Part shown: one piece after another, positions 1 to 13,370 of the stretch
Position numbering within the stretch: position 1 is the stretch's first letter
Layout: the number at the start of each line of letters is the position of its first letter
From: an uncultured Alphaproteobacteria bacterium
GTDB taxonomy: Bacteria; Pseudomonadota; Alphaproteobacteria; HIMB59; GCA-002718135
NCBI GenBank assembly: GCA_902540265.1
Contig: CACBLW010000003.1
Location: forward strand, 44,618 to 108,617
Direction of reading: 5' to 3'
DNA: 64,000 nt
Notes under the pieces: generated by a model
Told to the model about the DNA's origin: nothing
What the model saw: only the letters and a program-made list of their open reading frames with translations
Databases searched by the model: none
Program-made: the position numbers and the translations under genes

Positions 1-2
1 CA

Positions 3-86
3 CAAACTGTAAAAAATGTTAGTTTATTTTTTGCTCTTCTAGGACTATGCCTTATTTATTTCACGTTCAAATACTATGACAATTAA
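3..86 (+). CDS. 3' end of a small membrane protein, probably DUF2065 family (partial, truncated by window start)
   Basis: Open frame from the window edge reads QTVKNVSLFFALLGLCLIYFTFKYYDN* with one hydrophobic helix; TAA at 84-86. hflK-hflC-DUF2065-degP is a known alphaproteobacterial gene order. Confidence 0.5.
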   Translation, partial: QTVKNVSLFFALLGLCLIYFTFKYYDN

Positions 87-87
87 T

Positions 88-1449
88 ATGAGAATTAAAT
101 TTTTATTCTTAATTTCTATTTTATTTTCAAAACCATTACTTGCTGTACCTGAGAGTTTTGCTGATTTAGTAGAACAATTATCTCCTGCAGTAGTCAGTAT
201 TGCATCAACTACTATTGTTGAAAATAATAACCAAAATCAAATACCACAATTTCCAGAGGGATCTCCTTTTGATGATTTTTTTAAAGAATATTTTGATCGT
301 GATCAAAGACGATCACAACGACCAATGACAGGACTCGGTTCCGGTTTTATAATAAGTGAAGATGGTATAGTTGTTACAAATAATCATGTAATTGAAGGAG
401 CTGATGAAATAACCGTTATTCTAAATGATGAAACAGAGTTTACAGCTGAATTACTTGGAAGAGATCCCAAAGCAGACATAGCTGTATTGAAAATTGATCC
501 AAAAAACAAAAAACTTACATATGTTGGTTGGGGAGACTCGGATAAGATGAGAGTTGGAGATTGGTCAATTGCAATTGGAAATCCTCTTGGTTTAGGAGGA
601 ACCGTGACAGCAGGAATTATATCTGCAATCTCAAGAGATTTAGGCAGTGGACCATATGTTAAATTTTTACAAACAGATGCATCTATTAACCGTGGTAATT
701 CTGGTGGACCATTATTTAATTTAGATGGAGAAGTAATAGGAATTAATACGGCAATTGTTTCACAAACAGGTGGAAGTATTGGTTTAGGATTTGCAATACC
801 TGCGAACAGTGCTAAAAAAATAGTACAACAATTAAAAGATTTTGGAAAAACTAAGAGAGGCTGGTTAGGTGTACAAATTCAACCCGTTACAAAGGATTTT
901 GCGGAAAGTCTTGGATTGCCTGATCAAAAAGGTGCATTCATATCCAATGTCAATCCTAATGGCCCCTCAAAAACTGCTGGATTAGAACCAGGCGATGTAA
1001 TTTTAAAATTTAATAATATAGAAATTAAAAAGATGCCTGATCTACCAAGAGTTGTTGCAGAGTCAGATGTAGGTTCTACTGCAATATTAGAAGTTTGGAG
1101 AAAAAATAAAAAAATTCGTATTGAGGTAATATTAGGAGAATTACCTGGAGAGGTAGTTACGGAAAGAAAAACAACTCCAAATATTGAAAAAAATTTAAAA
1201 ATCGAGTCTTTAGGAATTACTATTGAAGATCATGAAAGTGGAGTTAAAGTAATTTCAATTGACGACATTGATAGTAGTTTGCAAAATGGAGATATAATTA
1301 CAGAAGTTAATAGAGAGGTTATTAACAACATGAATTCATTTAAAGAATTAGTAAATTCTTTAGAAAAAACAGGTAGATCCTCATTATTACTAAAAATAAT
1401 TAGAAATGATGAACAAAATTGGGTAACAATTAAATTTAAGAATAATTGA
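88..1449 (+). CDS. degP: DegP/HtrA (Do family) periplasmic serine endoprotease
   Basis: Signal peptide; TNNHV, DIAVLK and GNSGG triad motifs; PDZ domains. ORF track starts at 76; ATG 88, just after the upstream stop, is preferred. Confidence 0.95.
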   Translation: MRIKFLFLISILFSKPLLAVPESFADLVEQLSPAVVSIASTTIVENNNQNQIPQFPEGSPFDDFFKEYFDRDQRRSQRPMTGLGSGFIISEDGIVVTNNHVIEGADEITVILNDETEFTAELLGRDPKADIAVLKIDPKNKKLTYVGWGDSDKMRVGDWSIAIGNPLGLGGTVTAGIISAISRDLGSGPYVKFLQTDASINRGNSGGPLFNLDGEVIGINTAIVSQTGGSIGLGFAIPANSAKKIVQQLKDFGKTKRGWLGVQIQPVTKDFAESLGLPDQKGAFISNVNPNGPSKTAGLEPGDVILKFNNIEIKKMPDLPRVVAESDVGSTAILEVWRKNKKIRIEVILGELPGEVVTERKTTPNIEKNLKIESLGITIEDHESGVKVISIDDIDSSLQNGDIITEVNREVINNMNSFKELVNSLEKTGRSSLLLKIIRNDEQNWVTIKFKNN

Positions 1450-2369
1450 AACCTCAAATCTATTTTGTATTAGGACCCACTGCATCAGGAAAATCAAAAT
1501 TTGCTTTAAGTCTAGCTAACAAACTAAATGGTGAGATTATAAATGCTGATAGTATGCAGATTTATCATGAATTAAGAATCTTAACTGCTAGACCAACTAT
1601 AAATGATCAAAAAAAAATCAATCACCATCTTTATGGTTTTGTAAAAGGTGATGTAAGATTTAATGTCCAAAAATGGTGCGAGGAAGCATCAAAAAAAATA
1701 AATTATTTGGTTGATCAAAATATAACACCTATTTTAGTTGGAGGTACAGGTCTTTACATAGAATCTTTAATTAATGGAATAGTTTCAATTCCATATATTC
1801 CAGAAAAAGTAAAAATAGAGTCAGATAAAATGATTTTAAAAATTGGTAAGGAAAATTTTTTTAACTTAGTTAAAGAGCTTGACAGTGATGCAATGGTTAA
1901 TATTGACCCGAACGATATTCAAAGAATAAGAAGAATATGGGAAGTAAATTTTTTCACTAAGAAAAAATTTAGTGACTGGAAAAAAAGTAAAAATAAAAAT
2001 TTTATTAATTTAAAAAGTTACAAAATATTATTATTTCTTCCAGACAGAAAAGAAAACTATAGAAGAGTAGATAATAGAACACATTTAATGATGGAAGATG
2101 GTGCGATAGAGGAAGTCAAAAATTTGCTTAAATTAAATTATAATAAAAGTTTACCAATAATGAAAGCTCACGGAGTTCCTGAAATTCAATCTTATCTTAA
2201 TAACGAAGTATCAATTGATGAATGTATTTCTAAAATACAGCAAGTAACAAGAAACTATGTAAAAAGACAACATACTTGGTGGAGATCTTCAAAACTTAAT
2301 ATTTTTAAAAAATTTAATCAATTTCCAGACGAAATTGAGTTAAAATCCATTAATTTAGAGCAAAATTGA
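1446..2369 (+). CDS. miaA: tRNA dimethylallyltransferase
   Basis: GPTASGKS, NADSMQIY, VGGTGLY and YVKRQHTW motifs; TTG start overlapping degP stop. Confidence 0.96.
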   Translation: MKPQIYFVLGPTASGKSKFALSLANKLNGEIINADSMQIYHELRILTARPTINDQKKINHHLYGFVKGDVRFNVQKWCEEASKKINYLVDQNITPILVGGTGLYIESLINGIVSIPYIPEKVKIESDKMILKIGKENFFNLVKELDSDAMVNIDPNDIQRIRRIWEVNFFTKKKFSDWKKSKNKNFINLKSYKILLFLPDRKENYRRVDNRTHLMMEDGAIEEVKNLLKLNYNKSLPIMKAHGVPEIQSYLNNEVSIDECISKIQQVTRNYVKRQHTWWRSSKLNIFKKFNQFPDEIELKSINLEQN

Positions 2370-2416
2370 ACTAATTTATTGATTTTATTTTATCCACAGC
2401 CTATGAGCTAAAATCA

Positions 2417-4182
2417 ATGAATAATGAAATAACAGGTGCTGAAATTGTCTTAAAAAGCTTAACTGAACAAGGCGTAGAAGTTGTATTTGGATATCCTGGC
2501 GGTGCAGTATTACCGATATACGATACTTTATTTAAACAAAATTCAATTAAGCATGTTTTAGTAAGACAAGAAGGTGGCGCCATACATGCAGCGGAGGGTT
2601 ATGCTAGGTCTACAGGTAAAACTGGAGTAGTTCTTGTAACATCAGGACCTGGTGCAACAAATGTTGTAACTGGTTTAACTGATGCAATGATGGATAGTGT
2701 GCCTATCGTATGTATAACTGGGCAGGTACCACAACACTTAATTGGCAGTGATGCATTTCAAGAATGTGACACGACAGGTATAACCAGACCTTGTACTAAA
2801 CATAATTACTTAGTTAAGGATGTTAATAAATTATCTTCTGTATTTCATGAGGCATTTACTATTGCTCAAAATGGAAGACCGGGGCCTGTATTAATTGATA
2901 TACCAAAAGATGTTCAATTTGCTTCCGGAACTTATGAAGAAAAAAATAAAATTATTATCCCTTCTCATAGACTATTTGAGCCAAGTCCTGATTTTGAAAA
3001 GAATAAAATTGAAGAAGCAGTAAAATTAATTTCAAATGCTAAAAAACCAATTTTTTATATTGGTGGTGGATGTATTAACTCTGGTCCAAAAGCTTCAAAA
3101 TTAGTTAGAGAGTTTATAAATATGGTTGGGTCACCAGTTACAATGACATTAATGGGTCTAGGTGTAGTAGGTTCATCAGATAAAAACTCACTTGGCATGC
3201 TTGGTATGCACGGAATGTATGAAGCTAATATGGCAATGCATGAATGTGATGTCATGATTAATATTGGTGCAAGATTCGATGATCGTGTTACAGGAAGACT
3301 TGATGCGTTCTCACCAAATTCAAAAAAAATCCATGTAGACATTGATGAAAGTAATATTAATAAAACTATAAATGTCGATGTTCCAATAATAGGTGATGTA
3401 AAACAGGTCGTAGAAAAGATGATCACAGTTTGGAAAGAAAAGAAATTTCAAATAGATGATAAAGCACTTAAATTATGGTGGGGCAAAATAAATAAATGGA
3501 AAGAAGTAGATTGTTTAAATTATAATAATGAAGGTAAACAGATTAAACCTCAATATGCAGTGCAAAGACTCTATGAATTAACAAAAAATACAAAAACATT
3601 TATTACTACTGAAGTAGGTCAACATCAAATGTGGGCTGCTCAATTTTATAAATTTGAAGAACCAAACAGATGGCTGACATCAGGGGGTTTGGGAACCATG
3701 GGATATGGCTTTCCTGCTGCTATTGGTGCGCAAGTTGGGCATCCAGATGCTCTAGTAGTCGATATAGCAGGCGATGCCTCTATACTCATGAACATTCAAG
3801 AAATGAGCACGGCTGTTCAATATAGACTGCCTGTAAAAATATTTATTTTAAATAATGAATACATGGGAATGGTAAGGCAATGGCAAGAACTTTTACATGG
3901 TGGAAGATATTCTGAAAGTTATACTGATAGTTTACCTGATTTTGTAAAGTTAGCTGAGAGTTATAAAGCAGTTGGCTTAAGAGCAAAAACAACTGATGAC
4001 CTTGATGATGTTATAAATCAAATGATAGAAACAAAAAATACAGTAATTGCAGATATTTGGGTAACTAAAGAAGAGAATTGTTTTCCTATGATTCAAAGTG
4101 GCTCTGCTCATAATGAAATGATGTTAAGTAAAGGTCAAAAACAAGATAAAAAATCAGCCGAAAAAGGAAAAATTTTAGTTTA

Positions 4183-4183
<1 letters not shown>
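2417..4183 (+). CDS. ilvB: Acetolactate synthase large subunit
   Basis: FGYPGG, TSGPGATN, RFDDRVTG, VGQHQMW and TPP-binding GDAS...NN motif. Confidence 0.97.
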
Positions 4184-5744
<1,561 letters not shown>

Positions 5745-5787
5745 ATGAAAGTTTAATAAAATTTTGATTAGTGTATAATTAAAAAAA

Positions 5788-7344
5788 ATGACTGAAAAAA
5801 TTTATATTTTTGACACAACTCTTAGGGACGGAGAGCAGTCTCCGGGGGCATCTATGAATTTAGATGAAAAACTTCAAATTGCTGAAGTACTTGATTCTAT
5901 GAAGGTTGATATTATTGAAGCAGGATTTCCAATAGCATCCAATGGAGATTTTGAAGCAGTCTCTGAAGTTAGTAAACAGGTAAAAAATTCAACGATAGCT
6001 GGTTTAGCAAGAGCAAGTTTTAAAGATATTGATCGTGCTTGGGAAGCTGTACAGCATGCTAAGTCTCCAAGAATTCATACTTTTATTGCAACAAGTCCTC
6101 TACATATGAAATATAAATTAAAGAAAACTAAAGAAGAAGTATTAGAGGCTATTCAAAAGACTGTTTCTCACGCAAGAAATCTTTGTGATAATATTGAGTG
6201 GAGTTGTGAAGATGGTGGAAGATCAGAGTTAGAATTTTTATATCAATGCATCGAGCTAGCTATTAATTCTGGTGCTTCAACTATCAATATTCCTGATACT
6301 GTTGGTTATACATTACCAGAAGAGTTTGGTAAAATTTTTAGAAATGTAAAAAATAATGTTTCAAATATAGATAAAGCAATCCTTTCAACGCATACTCATA
6401 ATGATTTAGGTTTAGCAACAGCAAATAATGTTGCTGCTATTAAAGAAGGCGCAAGACAAGTTGAGTGTACAATTAATGGTATGGGTGAAAGAGCTGGAAA
6501 TTCATCATTAGAAGAAATTGTCATGACTCTAAAAGTTAAAAAAGATCTAATGCCTTTTCATACAGATATTAAAACAGGATCCATTATGAAAGCTTCTAGA
6601 TTAGTATCTTCAATAACAGGTTTTCCAGTTCAGCCAAATAAAGCGATAGTTGGGGCAAATGCTTTTGCTCATGAAGCAGGAATACATCAAGATGGTATGC
6701 TAAAACATTCTGGAACATATGAAATTATGACGCCTGAATCAATAGGGCTTAATAAATCTTCACTAGTTCTAGGAAAGCATTCAGGCAAACATGCTTTTTC
6801 GGAAAAATTAAAAGAACTTGGCTATGAAGTAGGTGATAATGCCTTAATGGAACTATTTGGAAGATTTAAAGATCTAGCAGATAAGAAAAAAGAAATTTTT
6901 GAAGAAGATTTAATTGCATTGGCAGAAGACAGAACTTCGTCATATGATGAACACATTAAATTTGTATCTTTAGAAGTAAATGCTGGATCTGTTGAAAAAG
7001 CTGAAGCTAAATTAAAAATAGCAATTTATAATAAAGTGGAAAATACTAAAATTAGTGGTAATGGCCCTGTTGATGCTACATTTAACGCAATAAAAAAACT
7101 TACTAATACAGAATTTAGGCTTAAACTTTACCAAGTAAACGCAATCACTGCAGGGACTGATGCACAAGGAGAAGTTACTGTTAGACTTGAAGATGATAAT
7201 TTATCATCACAAGCAAAAGGAAGCGATCCTGATATCATTGTTGCATCAGCAAAAGCTTATATTAATGCATTAAACAGATTGATATTTAAAAAAACTAAAT
7301 CTATTAAAGAGAATACAGCAAGTTTACAAATAGAAGGGGTTTAA
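5788..7344 (+). CDS. leuA: 2-isopropylmalate synthase
   Basis: DTTLRDGEQ, HTHND, GERAGN, HEAGIHQDG and C-terminal GNGPVDA regulatory domain. Confidence 0.97.
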   Translation: MTEKIYIFDTTLRDGEQSPGASMNLDEKLQIAEVLDSMKVDIIEAGFPIASNGDFEAVSEVSKQVKNSTIAGLARASFKDIDRAWEAVQHAKSPRIHTFIATSPLHMKYKLKKTKEEVLEAIQKTVSHARNLCDNIEWSCEDGGRSELEFLYQCIELAINSGASTINIPDTVGYTLPEEFGKIFRNVKNNVSNIDKAILSTHTHNDLGLATANNVAAIKEGARQVECTINGMGERAGNSSLEEIVMTLKVKKDLMPFHTDIKTGSIMKASRLVSSITGFPVQPNKAIVGANAFAHEAGIHQDGMLKHSGTYEIMTPESIGLNKSSLVLGKHSGKHAFSEKLKELGYEVGDNALMELFGRFKDLADKKKEIFEEDLIALAEDRTSSYDEHIKFVSLEVNAGSVEKAEAKLKIAIYNKVENTKISGNGPVDATFNAIKKLTNTEFRLKLYQVNAITAGTDAQGEVTVRLEDDNLSSQAKGSDPDIIVASAKAYINALNRLIFKKTKSIKENTASLQIEGV

Positions 7345-8388
<1,044 letters not shown>

Positions 8389-8396
8389 AAATAAAA

Positions 8397-9218
8397 ATGG
8401 CACCTAAGTTTCAAATAAAGGTTTTTCAATTATCAAGATTTTTAAAAAACTTTACAATTATTTCTGTTATTTCCCTTTCATTTCTTTTAGTCTTTTTTTC
8501 AAAAACTGATTATTATGTTATTTATGGGATAAAAAATATATCAAGTTCTGTAGTTATTCCAGTTACTAGATTTATTTCAGCCCCTATAAACGCCTTCTCA
8601 AATTTTGTTGATGAATATAATCAATTTAAAAGTTTAAAATTTGAAAATAAAATTCTTCAAGAAGAAATAATACGTTTAAAAAAATGGCAAACATTAGCAA
8701 TACAAAATTCAAGAGAGAATAAAGTTTTAAAAAAATTATTAAATGCAACTGATAATAATCTAATTTTAATCAAAACTGCATCTCTTATTAATAGAAATGA
8801 TACTATTTATAGTAAGCTTATAAATCTGAATGCTGGTTATGAAGATAAAATTAAGAAAAATATGTCAGCTATCAATGAACGAGGATTAGTTGGAAAGGTA
8901 ATTGACACAACTGCTAAAAATTCAAGAGTAATACTTTTAACTGATCCCAATTTATCTATTTCAGTAAAATCGATATCGGATGGTATTTTTTCTTTACTTA
9001 CTGGCAATGGAGATGGCAAATATCTAGTAAGTGCTTTTGTGAAAGAAAATAAAATGCCAAGATTAGGCGATATTGTAGTAACAAGTGGTACAGCGCAAAT
9101 TTTCCCCGTAGATTTATTAGTTGGTAAAGTTGCTAAAGTTGAAAAAAATAGATTTTTTGTTCTACCGTTTGTTGATTTTGAAAATATTGATTATCTTCAA
9201 ATAGTTACATCAAAATAA
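8397..9218 (+). CDS. mreC: Rod shape-determining protein MreC
   Basis: N-terminal TM helix, coiled coil, GLVGKV and GDIVVTSG motifs; follows mreB. Confidence 0.9.
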   Translation: MAPKFQIKVFQLSRFLKNFTIISVISLSFLLVFFSKTDYYVIYGIKNISSSVVIPVTRFISAPINAFSNFVDEYNQFKSLKFENKILQEEIIRLKKWQTLAIQNSRENKVLKKLLNATDNNLILIKTASLINRNDTIYSKLINLNAGYEDKIKKNMSAINERGLVGKVIDTTAKNSRVILLTDPNLSISVKSISDGIFSLLTGNGDGKYLVSAFVKENKMPRLGDIVVTSGTAQIFPVDLLVGKVAKVEKNRFFVLPFVDFENIDYLQIVTSK

Positions 9219-9703
9219 TGGAGTTTCCCAAATTCCTTAATTCCTCTTTAAAGCTAAATATTATTTTAATTATAAGTTTTTCAATTTCTGTAAATTCTTT
9301 TATTTTATTTCCCAGTGTAAATAATGCATTCTATGTACTTTTCCACTTAACTTTTATCTATCTTATTTTTTACCACTATCATTACTATCTTTATGTTGTT
9401 GCATTAGTATATGGAATTTTATTTGATATATTATTATTAAATTATATTGGAGCACACTTAATTACTTTTTTATCTCTTTTAATTTTTTTTGTTTTACTTA
9501 AAAAATATTTAATTAAGCTATCTTACTATCAAATAATTTTTATTTATTTTATAACTTTAATAGTTTTACTTCTATTTGAACAATTTTTAGCAAACATCAT
9601 ATATAACTATAAGTTTAACGTATTTTTAATTTTAAATTTCTTTTTAATATCTTTAATTATTTTTATTCCTACTATATTTTTATTTAATAAATTAGATAAG
9701 TAA
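9218..9703 (+). CDS. mreD: Rod shape-determining protein MreD
   Basis: Multi-TM protein with GILFDILL motif between mreC and mrdA. Confidence 0.8.
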   Translation: MEFPKFLNSSLKLNIILIISFSISVNSFILFPSVNNAFYVLFHLTFIYLIFYHYHYYLYVVALVYGILFDILLLNYIGAHLITFLSLLIFFVLLKKYLIKLSYYQIIFIYFITLIVLLLFEQFLANIIYNYKFNVFLILNFFLISLIIFIPTIFLFNKLDK

Positions 9704-9704
9704 T

Positions 9705-11507
9705 ATGTTCTATTCTGATGATAAAAAACAATATTCAGTACTTAACAGGAGGACTTTTTTATTATATTTATTAAAGGTTTCTTTTTTTGGTATTGTAGGA
9801 TGGAGACTATACGATATTCAAATAAAAAATTCTGAAAAATATAAAACTCTTTCTAAAAATAATCAAATAGATGTGGAAATTATATACCCCCTTAGAGGAA
9901 AGATTTATGATATTAATAATAAGATTTTAGCATCTAATATTAAAGTATTTGATGTATATATAATTCCTGAAAATACAAAAAATATAAATAAATCTCTAAA
10001 CGAATTAAATCAAATTATAAAAATAAATTTTAGTGATAGAAGAAAAATAATAGAGTTATCTAAAAAAGTTAAAAAATTTGAAAAAATAAAAGTTTTAGAA
10101 AACATTAATTGGTCTGAACTTGAAAAAATTGAAGCTAATAAACTTAATATTGAGGGAATATTTATTTCTCAAGATTATATGAGAATTTACCAACATAATA
10201 ATACTGTTTCACATTTAATTGGTTATACAAATAAACCTAATCGAGAAGAAGTAGAATTACCCTTTATTGTAAATATGCCTAATTTAGAAATAGGAAAAGC
10301 TGGAATTGAAAAAAGTTTTAATCCAAATCTCATTGGCAAGTCAGGACAAAGAGAGATTGAAGTAAACTCTTATGGGAGAGTAATACGTGAAATATCTAGG
10401 CAAGATAGTCAAAAGGGGAATGATATTCATCTTACTATTGATCTGAGAATACAAAAATATGCTTTGAATTTATTAAAAGAACATAAAGCAGGATCAACAG
10501 TACTTATGGATATTAACAATGGAAACATCCTATGTATGGCTTCTACCCCATCTTATAATCCTAATAAAATTATACAAAAACCAAATAAAGAATATTGGGA
10601 CTCAATTTTAGAGAATGAGCTTTCCCCACTTACATATAGATGTACTCAGGGTTTGTACGCCCCAGGCTCAACTTTTAAAATGGTTGTTGCGATTGCTGGA
10701 ATAGTGCACGGGGTAATAGACACTAAAACAAAACATTTTTGTAGCGGAAAAATTGGTTTGGGCGATAGACTTTATCATTGTTGGAAAAATAATGGTCATG
10801 GTTTAATGAATGTAAGTGACTCTATTAAAGAATCATGTGATGTTTTTTTCTATGAAATCTCACAAAACATTGGCATAGATAAAATTGCGAAAGTTGCTGA
10901 AGATTTTGGTTTAGGAAAAATTTATGATGTGCCGTTACCTAATCAAAAAAAAGGAATTATTCCTTCTCGTGATTGGAAAAAGAAAAAATATGATGAAAGT
11001 TGGTATCCTGGAGAGACTTTAATCTCAGCAATTGGACAGGGTTTTGTATTAACTAATCCACTACAACTTGCTGTCATGACTTCCATTATTGCTTCTAATG
11101 GAAAAAATGTAAAACCAAATATTATTAAACAAAATACTAACATTGTATTTGAAAAATTAGAAAAATACCAAAATGCAATTAATATTATTAAAAGTTCAAT
11201 GTTTAAAGTAGTTAATGACAATAAAGGTACAGCTTATAATTCAAGATCTGAATCTGCTCCTTTTGCAGGCAAAACAGGAACCTCACAAGTTAGAAGAATA
11301 ACTGTGGCTGAAAGAGAAAGTGAAGATTTTAGGAAAAAAGAAGTAGAGTGGAAAAAAAGAGATCACGCTTTATTTGTTGGATATATGCCTGTTGAAAACC
11401 CTAGATATGCTGTTTCAGTTGTTATTGAGCATGGAGGTTCAGGTGCATCAACTGCTGCACCTATAGCAAAAGAAATTTTTCAATTTACAAAAAAATTAGA
11501 AACATAA
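9705..11507 (+). CDS. mrdA: Penicillin-binding protein 2
   Basis: PGSTFK (SxxK), SCD (SxD) and KTGT motifs; RG.IYD dimerisation region. Confidence 0.95.
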   Translation: MFYSDDKKQYSVLNRRTFLLYLLKVSFFGIVGWRLYDIQIKNSEKYKTLSKNNQIDVEIIYPLRGKIYDINNKILASNIKVFDVYIIPENTKNINKSLNELNQIIKINFSDRRKIIELSKKVKKFEKIKVLENINWSELEKIEANKLNIEGIFISQDYMRIYQHNNTVSHLIGYTNKPNREEVELPFIVNMPNLEIGKAGIEKSFNPNLIGKSGQREIEVNSYGRVIREISRQDSQKGNDIHLTIDLRIQKYALNLLKEHKAGSTVLMDINNGNILCMASTPSYNPNKIIQKPNKEYWDSILENELSPLTYRCTQGLYAPGSTFKMVVAIAGIVHGVIDTKTKHFCSGKIGLGDRLYHCWKNNGHGLMNVSDSIKESCDVFFYEISQNIGIDKIAKVAEDFGLGKIYDVPLPNQKKGIIPSRDWKKKKYDESWYPGETLISAIGQGFVLTNPLQLAVMTSIIASNGKNVKPNIIKQNTNIVFEKLEKYQNAINIIKSSMFKVVNDNKGTAYNSRSESAPFAGKTGTSQVRRITVAERESEDFRKKEVEWKKRDHALFVGYMPVENPRYAVSVVIEHGGSGASTAAPIAKEIFQFTKKLET

Positions 11508-12604
11508 TGTTAACTAAAATTCAAAACTTAAATTATTTATTAATTTTTTTAGTAATATTAATTTCATTTATTGGAGCAGCAGGATTATATTCTGCTGCAG
11601 GAGGATCATATAGTCCTTGGGCATCAAGACATTTAATTAGATTAACCTTTTTTATTTTTTTAGCAGTTATTCTAGCCTTAATAAATATCAAGTATATTTA
11701 TCAATTTGCCTATGTCTTTTTTATCTTATCTTTGTTACTTTTGCTATCTGTTGAATTAATTGGAGTTTTTGGTAAGGGCGCAACTAGATGGATAAATCTA
11801 TTTGGTTTTAGCATTCAACCATCAGAATTAATAAAAATAACTATAATATTAGCCTTAGCAAGATTTTATCATGATTTAAAGTTTGATGAAATTAAGCAAA
11901 TAAAAAATTTATTTTTTCCAATATTAATTTTATTTCTACCGTTTGCTCTAGTCGTTATTCAACCAGATCTTGGAACTGCTTTAAGCATTGCAATGCTTGG
12001 AATTCTTATTCTATTTGCAAGTGGAATAAGAATTTGGAAGTTTGTATTAGGATTATTTGTTCTGATTTTATCTATTCCTTTGTCACTAAATTATTTACAA
12101 CCATATCAAAAAGATAGAATTTTTTCTTTTTTAAATCCTGAAGCAGATGCTCTTGGGAGAGGATATCAACTCATACAATCTAAAATTGCTTTAGGATCCG
12201 GTGGTTTAACGGGTAAAGGATTTTTGGAAGGCTCTCAATCTTATCTACAATATTTACCTGAAAAACAAACTGATTTCATATTTACGTTAATTGGAGAAGA
12301 ATTTGGTTTTATTGGCACTATGTTTATAATTTTACTATTTCTTTTGTTAATATCTGTGTGTTTTTACATAAGTATAAAATCAAATCATATTTTTGGCAGG
12401 ATCCTTTCTATCGGAGTTGGGAGCAATTTATTTATATATGTGATAATGAACATATCTATGGTATCTGGATTGATGCCTGTTGTTGGGATTCCTTTACCTT
12501 TAGTTTCTTATGGGGGATCAGCAATGCTTGCTATAATTATGTCTCTAGGATTAGTTCTTAATGTAGAATTGAATGGAAATTTAAAAAAATTACATAATGC
12601 TTGA
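11507..12604 (+). CDS. rodA: SEDS peptidoglycan glycosyltransferase RodA
   Basis: QPSE, QPDLGT, PEKQTDFIF, SYGGS motifs. Confidence 0.95.
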   Translation: MLTKIQNLNYLLIFLVILISFIGAAGLYSAAGGSYSPWASRHLIRLTFFIFLAVILALINIKYIYQFAYVFFILSLLLLLSVELIGVFGKGATRWINLFGFSIQPSELIKITIILALARFYHDLKFDEIKQIKNLFFPILILFLPFALVVIQPDLGTALSIAMLGILILFASGIRIWKFVLGLFVLILSIPLSLNYLQPYQKDRIFSFLNPEADALGRGYQLIQSKIALGSGGLTGKGFLEGSQSYLQYLPEKQTDFIFTLIGEEFGFIGTMFIILLFLLLISVCFYISIKSNHIFGRILSIGVGSNLFIYVIMNISMVSGLMPVVGIPLPLVSYGGSAMLAIIMSLGLVLNVELNGNLKKLHNA

Positions 12605-13364
12605 AATAAATAAGGTTAATAAATTTTTTGGAGGATTAAAAGCAGTCCATAAAGCGTCAATGAAAGTTGAAATGGGTTCCATTACAGGTTTAATAGGTCC
12701 AAATGGAGCAGGAAAAACAACATTATTTAATACTATCGCAGGATTATATGACCCAGATGAAGGAAATATAATTCTTAATAATGAAGATATTTCTTTTTTA
12801 AAACCTCACGAATTATTTGCTAAAGGAGTTCTAAGGACCTTTCAAATTGCCCATGAATTTTCGACTTTAACTGTTCTAGAAAATTTAATGATGGTACCAC
12901 CAAATCAATTTGGTGAAAAATTATCATATGCTTTATTAAGTAATGCTAAAGTAAAACAACAAGAAGAAAAAATAAGACAAAAAGCTATAGAAGTAATAAA
13001 TTTTTTAAATTTAAGTCACTTAACCCAAGAACTTGCAGGCAACTTATCTGGTGGTCAAAAAAAACTACTTGAGTTAGGAAGAACCATGATGGTTGATCCT
13101 AAAATTGTTTTACTTGATGAGGTAGGAGCAGGGGTTAATAGAACACTTCTTAATGAAATTACGGATGCAATATTAAGATTGAATAAAGAAAAAAATTATA
13201 CTTTCTTCGTAATTGAACATGACATGGATCTCATCGAAAAAATTTGTGATCCTGTCATTGTGATGGCGGAAGGTTCAGTTTTATTTAAAGGAAATTTTAA
13301 TGAAGTAAAAAACAACGATACAGTTATAGAAGCTTATTTAGGAAAAGGTATTAATAAAAATTAG
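12597..13364 (+). CDS. livG: LIV/HAAT-family ABC transporter ATP-binding protein (LivG-like)
   Basis: GPNGAGKTT, RTFQI, LSGGQ, LLDE, IEHDM, EAYLG; overlaps rodA by 8 nt. Confidence 0.88.
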   Translation: MLEINKVNKFFGGLKAVHKASMKVEMGSITGLIGPNGAGKTTLFNTIAGLYDPDEGNIILNNEDISFLKPHELFAKGVLRTFQIAHEFSTLTVLENLMMVPPNQFGEKLSYALLSNAKVKQQEEKIRQKAIEVINFLNLSHLTQELAGNLSGGQKKLLELGRTMMVDPKIVLLDEVGAGVNRTLLNEITDAILRLNKEKNYTFFVIEHDMDLIEKICDPVIVMAEGSVLFKGNFNEVKNNDTVIEAYLGKGINKN

Positions 13365-13370
13365 AATTCT

